Origin: Rubripirellula sp.
GTDB taxonomy: Bacteria; Planctomycetota; Planctomycetia; Pirellulales; Pirellulaceae
Length of the DNA stretch: 64,000 bases
Reading direction: 5' to 3'
NCBI GenBank assembly: GCA_965216875.1
Contig: OZ244207.1
Location: 5,824,001-5,888,000 of the forward strand
Shown here in pieces: positions 40,478 to 49,523 of the stretch. The notes below the pieces were generated by a model. It had not been told where the DNA came from. It did no database searches and saw nothing but the letters and a program-made list of their open reading frames with translations. The stretch's first letter is position 1. Each line of letters begins with the position of its first letter. The translations under genes were made by a program, and so were the position numbers.

Positions 40478-41632
40478 ATGCACCGTTTGCACTTCGTCCT
40501 GATCGCCATCGTTGGCCTCGCCGCCTTCCCAAAAAGCATCGTCGCTGCCGAGCCTCCCGTTGTCCAGGCGATCAACGATGCGATGCAGTCGCACCTGGAG
40601 CGTCCAGAGGCATCCGGCATCGTTACTTTGGTCGCGCGTGATGGAAAGATCGTTCACCTCGGCAGTGTTGGCTATCGTGACATCGAATCCGCTCAGGAAA
40701 TGAATACGTCAACGGTTTTCGCGATTGCCTCGATGTCGAAGCCGATCACTGCGACGGCGCTCATGATCCTGGTGGACGAAGGAAAGGTTTCGATTGACGA
40801 TCCGGTCAGCAAATACATTCCTTCGTTTGCTAATGCCAAACTCAAATCGGGCGATGCCCCGCAGCGCGAGGTCACACTCAAGGATTGTTTGACGCATACC
40901 TCTGGCCTTGCTGGCAGCCAACTCTTTGAAACGTCACTGAAAGAAGTCGCTGAAGAACTTGCTCAACGCCCACTTGAGTTTCAGCCAGGTACCGAGTGGA
41001 AGTACTCTCCAGGCTTAAACGTGATCGGCCGCGTGGTCGAGATCGTATCGGAGCAACCTTTCGATGTGTTCTTGAAGGAACGGATCTTTGAGCCGCTGCA
41101 GATGAACGACACCACGTTCTATCCCAATGAGAAACAAGTCAAACGCGTGGCAACGATTTATGGTCCAAACGAAGACAAGACCGATCTGATTCCGCAAGAC
41201 AACTTCATCACCAAACTGACGACCGACACGCCACCGAACCCTTCAGGTGGACTCGTTTCAACAGCATCCGATCTCTTTCGCTTTTACCAAATGGCACTCA
41301 ACGGAGGTCAGCTCGACGGCAAGCGAATTGTCTCTCAGGAGTCGGTCAAGCTGATGACCAGCTCGCACACGGGTCACCTCAAGGCCGGCTTCACTCCTGG
41401 CAGTCGCTGGGGGCTCGGCTGGGGCATCGTCACAGAGCCAGAAGGTGTGACAGCGGCGATCTCGGCTGGGACGTTTGGGCACGGTGGCGCGTTTGGCACC
41501 CAGGGCTGGGTCGATCCCAAAACAAAAACGATCTACGTGCTGCTTGTACAACGACGCAACCTCGGCGGAAGCGATCGGAGCGAACTGCGTGGCGACTTCC
41601 ACAAAGTGGCAGTGGAAGCGCTCGGGATTTAG
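40478..41632 (+). CDS. Serine hydrolase, beta-lactamase-related family
   Basis: Signal peptide; F.IASMSK (SxxK), LTHTSGL, PGTEWKYS, FGHGGAFGT. Confidence 0.9.
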   Translation: MHRLHFVLIAIVGLAAFPKSIVAAEPPVVQAINDAMQSHLERPEASGIVTLVARDGKIVHLGSVGYRDIESAQEMNTSTVFAIASMSKPITATALMILVDEGKVSIDDPVSKYIPSFANAKLKSGDAPQREVTLKDCLTHTSGLAGSQLFETSLKEVAEELAQRPLEFQPGTEWKYSPGLNVIGRVVEIVSEQPFDVFLKERIFEPLQMNDTTFYPNEKQVKRVATIYGPNEDKTDLIPQDNFITKLTTDTPPNPSGGLVSTASDLFRFYQMALNGGQLDGKRIVSQESVKLMTSSHTGHLKAGFTPGSRWGLGWGIVTEPEGVTAAISAGTFGHGGAFGTQGWVDPKTKTIYVLLVQRRNLGGSDRSELRGDFHKVAVEALGI

Positions 41633-41903
41633 CTTTTTCTTTCGAAAAATCGAGGGCCCCAGACCCTCGTCTGGCATCCAGCACTGCCGCGGCCGGCTGG
41701 GCCGCGAGCTTAGGGAAACGACGGTTCCTGAGAGGAGGAGATTTCGGCAACATCACCGACGTTGGCGCGCTGCACTGTGCATCCATCCAGCATCCATTGG
41801 TGAATCACGCAGACCTGCCTTCGATGAGAGGATCGATCATCGTCGCAAACGGCCCAGGAGACTATATTGACGTTCACCAGCCACCACCCCTCTCAATGAA
41901 CCG

Positions 41904-44900
41904 ATGACCAGAGCCCTTGCCATTTGCGTTGCGCTTGGTGTGACGATTCTGTCGCAACAGTGGTGCTATGGCCAAGCCGATCCTGTCAGCCTTTCGGCAA
42001 GCGAAATCGCGATTGTTGAGGATGAATCCCCGCTCATTCTCGAGCGGGCCACGACCGCTGGAACGGTCATCTGGATCAACCCCTATTGGCACGGTTTTGT
42101 CATCGCCGACGAATCGAGCAATCAGGGAGTCGTGGTTGAACTGGAAGACAAAGAAGGGATCGACGCATTGAACGTCGGTGACCTTGTTGAAGTCACCGGA
42201 ACAGTTTGGATGTGGGAAGGTCGCGGATGCCTAAAATTCGCCAGCTATGAAACGCTTGGCGAAGGCAAATCGATCGACGCGTTGCCGGTACCGACAACAC
42301 TGGATGTCGATCAGGTTCTCGAGCTTGATTGCCAAAAGGTGACCGTTGAAGGAAGGATCGCCTTCACAGCCCGCTACTTTGATCGGTACGTCTTTTGGAT
42401 CGACGGTTACAGCATTCCCGTGCTTGCTGAGTTTCGCGAGTTCGCAAAGAGAACCGACAGTCTTCAATACCCTGGCGCTCGTGTCCGCATCACCGGCGTC
42501 GCCTACCAACGCAATCACGGCCAATCGACCGGACGCCGGCTCCTCATCAAGCCGAACGGAATCGACGACTTTGAAGTGCTTGAGCCTGCACCTCGATGGA
42601 AGACTGGTCCACTCAGCCAGGGCGTCGTTGTTTGCCGCAAGTCCGAGAACCAGTACTTCTTTCGCGCAAGCAACGGCAACATCCTTCACTTGGATGTGTA
42701 CGATCCGAAGTTTCTGCATGTCGGCGCGATCGTCCGCTACGTCGGTACCGCCGTGGAGACACCGACCAGTCGAAGAGTGGTTGTCGCCGGGCTGGACATC
42801 TACAACACGACACGCGATTGGGCGCTTGGCAATGGCGAGACACCCAAACAGGATGCAGCGAAACAATCCGCTGGCGACTGGACTAAGTTCCGGGGCGCTA
42901 CCACTCCCGCGCTCGCCGAAGAACTGCCAAACAAGTATTTCACACTGGTCAACGAAAACAACGAAGCGGTCCGAATTGAAATCGAGATGATGCCAGGCGA
43001 CATCGAGTCGCTACTCTTGTCGACGGCAAACACGGTCGAAGCATCTGGCTACCTCGATTTCACAAGCAGTGGAACGTCGATCTACCCAAGCAATTTGCGC
43101 GACATTCGTGTGATCGACCGCAAGAACTGGTACGAATCATCACGCATTTGGTTTCTCGGCTTAGGGCTACTGGGAATCATGACCGCTGGCCTCGCAACGA
43201 TCGTTTCGCTGCGTGCGTTGGTCAACCGCCGCACGCGTGATCTTGCCGAGAGCTCTGGGCTACTGACCGCGTCGTATGAAGCCATTCATGAAGGCATCTG
43301 CGTCGTTGACTCCAAAGGCGCAATCAAGACAGCCAACTCACAGTTTTGGAATCTGCTTGGTTTGTCTCCGAGTGACGTATCAGGTTTACAACGCGATGAC
43401 GTGTGTCGCTTACTCGCGGAACGTTTCACTCAAGTCGACGAATTCACCAAACTGTGGATCAGCGCCGATGACGGTCGTCCGCGCGGTGATTTCGATACCG
43501 TGGATGAACCAAGCCGAAGGCTAACGGTGTATTGTGCCGAAGCGGACTCAGGACACTCGCCCGAGAATCTCGGGCACGTGTGGGTGTTTCATGATGTCAC
43601 CCAGCAAAAACAGCTTGAACATTCGCTTCGCCAATCGCAAAAGATGGAAGCGGTCGGCACACTCGCAGCTGGCGTCGCCCACGACTTTAACAACTCACTT
43701 TCAGCCATCGTCAACTTTGCGGAAGTCGCCGCCCGCGGCATCTCCGGAAACAGCAAAGAGCACGAGTACGTTTGCCACGTGCTTGATGCGGCCAAGCAAG
43801 CTGCAGGAACGACACGGGGATTGCTGACTTTCTGTGGCCAACAAACGACGGAAAAGTCGCCCACGGATATCGTTGACCTATTGAAAAACTCGGTCACGTT
43901 CCTTGAGCGTTTGCTGCCAGCTTCGATCAAGATCACACTCGACACCCCTGATAGCGTCGAATTGATCTGCCGAACCGACGAAGCACAGTTGCAGCAAGCA
44001 CTCTTGAACTTGGTGGTCAATGCCCGCGACGCGATGCCCGAAGGCGGCGAAATCACCATCACTGCAAACGCCAACGCGCGAAATGACTTCGTCACGATTG
44101 TCGTTGCCGATAGTGGCGTCGGCATGTCCCGCGAAATCCTCGACCGCATCTTCGATCCCTTCTTTTCCACCAAGGGTCGAGGTAAGGGAACGGGGCTTGG
44201 GATGTCGATCGTTCACGGAATCGTTGAAGATCACGGCGGCACCATCGACGTGGATTCGACACTCGGCGAAGGAACGACGATAACCATTCAGTTGCCACTT
44301 TCGCGGCTGGAACTTTCGGAGCTTGCCCCCGAAGATCGAGGCAAGCAGATCGGGCACGGCAAAACCGTGTTGCTCGTCGAAGACCAGCTGGCCGTTCGAA
44401 AGGCACTCGTCGCGCAACTCGAACACTCAGCCTTCGAAGTCTTGCAGTGCGACAACGGAACAGAAGCGACGGAGATCTTTCAGGCCAATGCAGCAGCGAT
44501 CGACGTTGTCTTGATCGACGTCGACTTGCCTGGAATTGACGGCATGCAATGTCGAGACCGCATCAAAGAGATCTCGCCCGACGCGTCCATCGTGTTGATG
44601 AGCGGATCGCCTCATCACCAAGTCAGTGGCGATTCAACATTCTTGCGAAAACCATTCGGAGACAGCGAGCTCACCTCGACGCTAAAACAGGCGATGACCT
44701 CCAAACCTGTCGAACTCTCCGTGTTGGTGATTGATGACGACCCCATCGTCCGCTCTTCAACCCGCGCTTTGTTACAGGCGACAGGCCATCGCGCTATCCT
44801 CGCCGCTACGATCGCTGAAGCAATCGAGGCTCTTGAAGACAAAGAAAACCCCATCAAACTGATCTTGATGGATTGGAACATGCCCGACGGAAAAGGCCGA

Positions 44901-45092
44901 GACCTGATCGAGAAGATCACGCCTTATGTTGGCGACATCAACGTCGTGATCGTGACGGGTGACGCCGGTACGGAAGACGAGGTGTTCACGCAACATGCTA
45001 TCGTCACCGACGTCCTGCGCAAGCCGTTCGCTGCTGACCAACTCGCGCGAGCGATCCAGCAAACCCAGCTTGATCGCGAACAAGAGGACTAA
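41904..45092 (+). CDS. Hybrid sensor histidine kinase with periplasmic OB-fold-like repeats, PAS, HisKA/HATPase and two receiver domains
   Basis: Signal peptide, VGDLVEVTG/PGARVRITG repeats, TM, QSQKMEAVGTLAAGVAHDFNN, NLVVNARDAM, FFSTK..G.GTGLG, REC1 LLVED..IDVDLPG..KPF, REC2 VIDDD..MDWNMP..KPF. Confidence 0.92.
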   Translation: MTRALAICVALGVTILSQQWCYGQADPVSLSASEIAIVEDESPLILERATTAGTVIWINPYWHGFVIADESSNQGVVVELEDKEGIDALNVGDLVEVTGTVWMWEGRGCLKFASYETLGEGKSIDALPVPTTLDVDQVLELDCQKVTVEGRIAFTARYFDRYVFWIDGYSIPVLAEFREFAKRTDSLQYPGARVRITGVAYQRNHGQSTGRRLLIKPNGIDDFEVLEPAPRWKTGPLSQGVVVCRKSENQYFFRASNGNILHLDVYDPKFLHVGAIVRYVGTAVETPTSRRVVVAGLDIYNTTRDWALGNGETPKQDAAKQSAGDWTKFRGATTPALAEELPNKYFTLVNENNEAVRIEIEMMPGDIESLLLSTANTVEASGYLDFTSSGTSIYPSNLRDIRVIDRKNWYESSRIWFLGLGLLGIMTAGLATIVSLRALVNRRTRDLAESSGLLTASYEAIHEGICVVDSKGAIKTANSQFWNLLGLSPSDVSGLQRDDVCRLLAERFTQVDEFTKLWISADDGRPRGDFDTVDEPSRRLTVYCAEADSGHSPENLGHVWVFHDVTQQKQLEHSLRQSQKMEAVGTLAAGVAHDFNNSLSAIVNFAEVAARGISGNSKEHEYVCHVLDAAKQAAGTTRGLLTFCGQQTTEKSPTDIVDLLKNSVTFLERLLPASIKITLDTPDSVELICRTDEAQLQQALLNLVVNARDAMPEGGEITITANANARNDFVTIVVADSGVGMSREILDRIFDPFFSTKGRGKGTGLGMSIVHGIVEDHGGTIDVDSTLGEGTTITIQLPLSRLELSELAPEDRGKQIGHGKTVLLVEDQLAVRKALVAQLEHSAFEVLQCDNGTEATEIFQANAAAIDVVLIDVDLPGIDGMQCRDRIKEISPDASIVLMSGSPHHQVSGDSTFLRKPFGDSELTSTLKQAMTSKPVELSVLVIDDDPIVRSSTRALLQATGHRAILAATIAEAIEALEDKENPIKLILMDWNMPDGKGRDLIEKITPYVGDINVVIVTGDAGTEDEVFTQHAIVTDVLRKPFAADQLARAIQQTQLDREQED

Positions 45093-46327
45093 CGTTTCAT
45101 TGGTGGGTCAACCACTGTTAGTCCCAGTGGAGCAAACGGTGTTTCCGGCACGACCACATCGCCCAAGTAGGGCGCCGCAACAATTGCCTTTCGCACTGCT
45201 TCCTTGGGCTCGAGACCACGCACCAACAACAGCGACAAGAACGTAAAGTCGCCGAGTGCACTGGCATCCCAGGCAACAATCGTCTTGTAACCCGAAATCG
45301 GAAAGGCATTGCGATCGCGCAACGCCTCATGGATCTGATTGGGGAACTCACCTTTCATCATTGCGCAACCCGAAAGATGCAGCAGCTGCAAATTGCTTGC
45401 CCCCTTTAACGAATCGGCGACGACATTGGCCTTGATGGTTTGACCAAAGACCGTGATTCCCTCGGGAGAACCATGTGTCGAAATCAAAACGACAGCTGGA
45501 CCAGGAAGGAATTGCACCTTGCGACAGAAACGCTGCAAATCGGTTGCGTCATGAAAAAAGCGATGCCGTACTTCAACGTGTCTTGCCGTCGACATCGTGA
45601 AGTAGCTTTCAAGCATGTCGCCAAACGCATACTCCTGCTCGGCGATGCTGCGTTCCCAGTTCGCTTCCAAGATCACGAGCCAAACGCGTCCTGGAACGGG
45701 AATCACTTTTGTTCCGGTCCACGGTGACCATGCCTGCCGTCCCTCTTGCCGCCACTTGCCGTCAATGGAACGCCCGTCATTGGAAATCTTGAACCAACCT
45801 TCACCCGCAGCCTCAGGTTCTTGGTAACGAAACGCGAAGCGTCCATTCTTGACTTCACCTTCCATCTTCGCCTCACCGCCGGCGTGATCGTACGCGCCAC
45901 GAATCTTTTCTCCGTCAACCACGAGCCTCATCAACCCAAACGAAGTTTTCCAAAGCCCGTTAAATTGACTTGAAAGCGAATGACGTTTTCCATTCCAAGG
46001 CAACCACTTTGACGTGCCATCGGCGCGCCACTTTCCTTCAAAGCTGCTGCCGTCGCTCGAAAAGGTGAACGCCGCTTCGCCCTTGTCCGCCCTCTCGGCA
46101 TAGTGGAGCTTCAGCACGTTGCCGTCGAGTTTTCCATCAACACGTCCCATGGCGTAGGTTCCGGTAACCTTACCTCCTTCCTGCGTCAGGTTGAGTTCGC
46201 CATAGTCTGTGCTCCAGGCCCCCGAAATATCCTTCGGCACGGCTGAAACGGCATCCTTTGAACCTTCGTCCCCGCGCGCGGTGACGCCGATCCAAAGAAC
46301 AAGAAAGCAAACTGCGATCATCCGCAT
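45089..46327 (-). CDS. Secreted protein with two beta-barrel-like repeats and a C-terminal caspase/CHAT-like domain
   Basis: Signal peptide; two repeats of about 95 aa (G.W.T.(Y/F)G...L...G.K..G.Y ... GKWR..G...W.PW.G); LISTHG and LLHLSGC motifs. Confidence 0.6.
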   Translation of the reverse strand: MRMIAVCFLVLWIGVTARGDEGSKDAVSAVPKDISGAWSTDYGELNLTQEGGKVTGTYAMGRVDGKLDGNVLKLHYAERADKGEAAFTFSSDGSSFEGKWRADGTSKWLPWNGKRHSLSSQFNGLWKTSFGLMRLVVDGEKIRGAYDHAGGEAKMEGEVKNGRFAFRYQEPEAAGEGWFKISNDGRSIDGKWRQEGRQAWSPWTGTKVIPVPGRVWLVILEANWERSIAEQEYAFGDMLESYFTMSTARHVEVRHRFFHDATDLQRFCRKVQFLPGPAVVLISTHGSPEGITVFGQTIKANVVADSLKGASNLQLLHLSGCAMMKGEFPNQIHEALRDRNAFPISGYKTIVAWDASALGDFTFLSLLLVRGLEPKEAVRKAIVAAPYLGDVVVPETPFAPLGLTVVDPPMKR

Positions 46328-46513
46328 GTTATGCCCCAACAATAGGTTCTGTGTTTTTCGTGTCATTTCGATAACTCAACGACATGACCTTATCATCTGT
46401 TGCCCACGTGTACCAAACTCGATTCTTGCAAACGTGTTATCCTTTTTCCACATCGCATGCCTGAGGCCATCGCCGAGTCTTGCGTCAGAGTCTTTCCCAA
46501 TCATTCCGAAAGC

Positions 46514-47380
46514 ATGAGTACGAAGAAACCCAAATCAAAGGCAAAAGCCAAGCCCTTGAAGTGTCATCTCATTTCCGTCGGCGCCGGCAGTCTGGTGTGG
46601 CAAATCGTTCACGCGGTGATGGGCCAGTACCCCACCGTGAAGTCACAGCTCGTCACGCACGCGTTTGTCGACACAGCGAAGAAGGTCGAATCAACGCTCA
46701 AGAAGGTTCGCGGCAAGAATGTTTGCGTTTTCCATGCGTTACTCGATTCGGAAGCGAAAGCGAAGGTCACCGAATACTGCCAAGACCGCGGAATCCCTGA
46801 ACACGACATGACCGAACAGTTGCTGGGCTTCGTCACTGGAATCACTGGCGTCGAAGCAAGCAATGACCCATCCGAGGAACTTGACGATGGCTATTTTCGT
46901 CGGCTCGATGCACTTGAATTCACATTACAGCATGACGATTCGCGGCGTCTTGAATCCATTAGCGATGCCGACATTGTTGTGGTTGGACTGAGCCGAGTGA
47001 GCAAGACGCCGACGTCTTGTTACCTGGGCAGCATGGGGTTTAAGGTCGCCAACGTATCACTCGTTCCCGAGATCGGACTTCCTAAAGAGCTCAAGCGAGG
47101 CATGAAGAAGAAGGTGGTCGCCTTCACGATTCAACCCAAACGCCTTCAACAGATTCGTTCGCGTCGCATGCAGGTCAACAAGTTCGACGCCACGCTACCG
47201 GCCCCGGAAGACGATGGTGAATTCAACTACACGAGCTTGAAGAGCATCATTCGCGAAGTGATGGACGCCGAAGCGATCTACCGCGACCGCGAGTTTCCGA
47301 TCATTGACATCACCGACCATACGGTCGAGGCGACAGCGACCACCGTCCTGCAACAACTCAATCTACAACGCCCCGAGTGA
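46514..47380 (+). CDS. ppsR: Pyruvate,phosphate dikinase / PEP synthase regulatory kinase-pyrophosphorylase (DUF299)
   Basis: YFRRLDALEFTLQHDD, ADIVVVGLSRVSKTPTSCYLG..GFKVANV, IDITDHTVEATA. Confidence 0.85.
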   Translation: MSTKKPKSKAKAKPLKCHLISVGAGSLVWQIVHAVMGQYPTVKSQLVTHAFVDTAKKVESTLKKVRGKNVCVFHALLDSEAKAKVTEYCQDRGIPEHDMTEQLLGFVTGITGVEASNDPSEELDDGYFRRLDALEFTLQHDDSRRLESISDADIVVVGLSRVSKTPTSCYLGSMGFKVANVSLVPEIGLPKELKRGMKKKVVAFTIQPKRLQQIRSRRMQVNKFDATLPAPEDDGEFNYTSLKSIIREVMDAEAIYRDREFPIIDITDHTVEATATTVLQQLNLQRPE

Positions 47381-47407
47381 CGCCCCCACAGCAATCACTC
47401 TCGCCTC

Positions 47408-47547
47408 GGGGACAGAGCACCTTCGTCACCTTAGCGGGGTCGGCGCACTCACGCCCGGGGACAGAGCACCAGTTTTCGTTTGTTTTCCAATCTCACCCGA
47501 TTTTCCGGGGGACAGAGCACCTCAACCCTACCTCGGGGACAGAGCAT
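47408..47547 (+). repeat. Left array of the 13-bp motif GGGGACAGAGCAC (5 copies)
   Basis: Copies at 47408, 47436 (3 mismatches), 47457, 47508, 47535 (1 mismatch). Confidence 0.9.
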
Positions 47548-47695
47548 GATTGTTTGATTTGATGTTATTGACGGTCGATACGGGTCGTTGTCCAATAACT
47601 TTTCCCGTCGAGATCGAAGAGCGATCCCATCGACGCCAGCGAACTGGCTCATCAAGACGAGCTCCAGTCGCATTCTTCTTTTTTGGGGCTCTTCG

Positions 47696-48748
47696 ATGAG
47701 TAGGTGTTCTCGCCGTGATGTGTTTGATCCCGCCGAGGTCAATGTAGCTCACATCATCAATCGCACAGTGCGAAGGTGCTACCTTTTTGGCCACGACCAA
47801 CTAACCGGTACAAACTTCGACCACCGAAAGGAATGGATTGAAGAATTACTTGAGCATTTCGCGGCCAACTTCGGCATCGACCTGCTCTGCTTCGCGATCC
47901 TTTCGAACCACTATCATCTCATCCTGAGGACGCGGCCGGATGTTGTGGCCACGTGGGACGACACCGAAGTGGCTCGCCGCTGGCTAATGATCTGCCCTCA
48001 TCGCAAAGTCGATGGCAGACCAGCAGAACCGAGCGAATCAGAGTTGAACATGATTCGCCATTGCCCGGACAAACTTGCTGAGATTCGTAAACGGTTGTCT
48101 GATCTCTCGTGGTGGGTACGGCTGCTGAATCAACGCGTAGCCCAGCGAGCCAACCGCGAGGAAGCGGAACATGGCCGATTTTGGCAAGACCGATTCAAAG
48201 CCATACGTATTGTTGACGAAGAATCGTTGCTCGCATGTGCTGCCTACGTTGAACTGAATCCGATTCGGGCGGCGATTGCCGAAACGCTCGAGGACAGCGA
48301 CCACACTTCAATCCAACGTCGCATCAATGCCGAGTTTTCACAAGTGGCGGCGAAAGATGAAGACTCACGCAGACATTCGCAAGATTTCCTCGCTCCACTA
48401 ACCCTCGCAGAACAGGCTGGGGACGTCGGTCCAATGCCAAGCCATACGAAGCGCAGGTGCAGCGACAAAGGGTTTCTGGCAATCGACATTGAAAGCTACA
48501 TTGAACTGCTTGAGTGGACAGCTTGTAAATCAGTGCAACGCGAACGCGGTGCCACAACTGTCTTTATACCGTCGATCCTTGGGCGTTTTCGAATCGAGCC
48601 ACGCAGTTGGCTGGAGCTCGTTCTAGCCTTCAGCAAAACCTTCCCGATGGTCGCTGGCCGCTGCGATCGAGTCGACGGTCTACGGAGTAACGAAACCGGT
48701 CGCCGTTTTCGCGTGACCCCCAACGCAAGACGCCTGCTACCCGCCTAG
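47696..48748 (+). CDS. HUH Y1 transposase-like nuclease (RAYT/TnpA-REP, IS200-related)
   Basis: HIINRTVRR, FAILSNHYHLIL (HUH), GRFWQDRFK, AAYVELNPIRA (catalytic Tyr + NP), SDHTSIQRR; start ATG 47696. Confidence 0.88.
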   Translation: MSRCSRRDVFDPAEVNVAHIINRTVRRCYLFGHDQLTGTNFDHRKEWIEELLEHFAANFGIDLLCFAILSNHYHLILRTRPDVVATWDDTEVARRWLMICPHRKVDGRPAEPSESELNMIRHCPDKLAEIRKRLSDLSWWVRLLNQRVAQRANREEAEHGRFWQDRFKAIRIVDEESLLACAAYVELNPIRAAIAETLEDSDHTSIQRRINAEFSQVAAKDEDSRRHSQDFLAPLTLAEQAGDVGPMPSHTKRRCSDKGFLAIDIESYIELLEWTACKSVQRERGATTVFIPSILGRFRIEPRSWLELVLAFSKTFPMVAGRCDRVDGLRSNETGRRFRVTPNARRLLPA

Positions 48749-48882
48749 CTGCCTTCTCACAATAGCCGTGCCACATCTACCTGCTACCGGTAAGCGCAAC
48801 TTGCGGGAATAGATGCGCGTCTGCACTAGGCACTCGATATAAGTCGTGAAACGTACGGTGAGTTTGTCGATCCCACGCAACG

Positions 48883-49445
48883 GTGCTCTGGCGCCGTAAA
48901 GAGACCAGGCCAAAAACCCTCATCGGGAATCCAAGCTGCGTCGATTGCGGGAATCCGGGCCACCCGAAAGTGCACTGTCCCCAGACGAGAGGGGAGAGTT
49001 GGGTGCTCTGTCCCCGGTGGGAGGATGCTTTCGGCTCACCAGCGCGTGATGCCCGATGAAGAACTCGGGGCAAAGTGCTCTGTCCCTTGGACAGTACTTC
49101 TTGGACAGTACTTTGAGAGGATGCCTGCATCCTCCCAAAGAGACTCTGGTGCTCTGTCCCCGTCGAGCCCCGTCGAGCCGTCGCTGGTGCTCTGTCCCCG
49201 TCGAGCGCCGCTCCGTCGAGCGCAGGTAAAGTGCTATGTCCCCATTGGGAGAATGCGCCCATTGGATTTGCTCCCGCGATCCTGCCTATGCTCTGGCCCC
49301 CAACGATCCCAACGATCTCCAACGATCCTGGCCCCCAACGATCCAACGATCGGTGCTCTGTCCCCAGACGACTGTCCTGTCCCCAGACGACTGTCATCGG
49401 TGCTCTGGCCCCAGACGAGAAATGAGAGTTGGGTGCTCTGTCCCC
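48883..49445 (-). repeat. Right array of the same 13-bp motif in inverted orientation (GTGCTCTGTCCCC on +; 11 copies)
   Basis: Copies at 48883, 48970, 49003, 49075, 49149, 49187, 49231, 49288, 49353, 49400, 49433 (0-2 mismatches), spacers 20-74 bp. Confidence 0.92.
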
Positions 49446-49461
49446 GGTGGGAGGATGACTC

Positions 49462-49493
49462 AACGCAGGTGTCCATTTACGATCACCTGCGTT
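49462..49493. terminator. Hairpin, possible terminator downstream of the spondin-domain gene
   Basis: AACGCAGGTG / CACCTGCGTT perfect 10-bp stem with 12-nt loop, 30 bp beyond the stop codon; no clear U-tract. Confidence 0.45.
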
Positions 49494-49523
49494 CTGGGAT
49501 GCCCAAAGCTACTAGCCGTTTGG

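Noticed and set aside
40478..41632. Antibiotic-resistance beta-lactamase
   Set aside because: The motifs fit the broad esterase/serine hydrolase family; resistance cannot be inferred from sequence alone.
41680..41780. Possible riboswitch or ncRNA upstream of the hybrid kinase (several small hairpins)
   Set aside because: No recognisable riboswitch consensus; an Rfam/Infernal search would be needed.
47564..47599. Imperfect inverted repeat GTTATTGAC..GTCCAATAAC with TTGACG, a possible promoter/operator of the HUH gene
   Set aside because: Short and imperfect; it cannot be distinguished from chance without TSS data.
48883..49445. CRISPR array
   Set aside because: The repeat is only 13 bp, spacers are irregular (20-74 bp) and internally duplicated, a mirror array lies on the other side of the gene, and there are no cas genes.
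47408..49457. Classical IS200/IS605 or DDE insertion sequence
   Set aside because: No TnpB, no DDE motif, and no clear subterminal hairpins or target-site duplication; the protein is much longer than IS200 TnpA and carries RAYT-type motifs.
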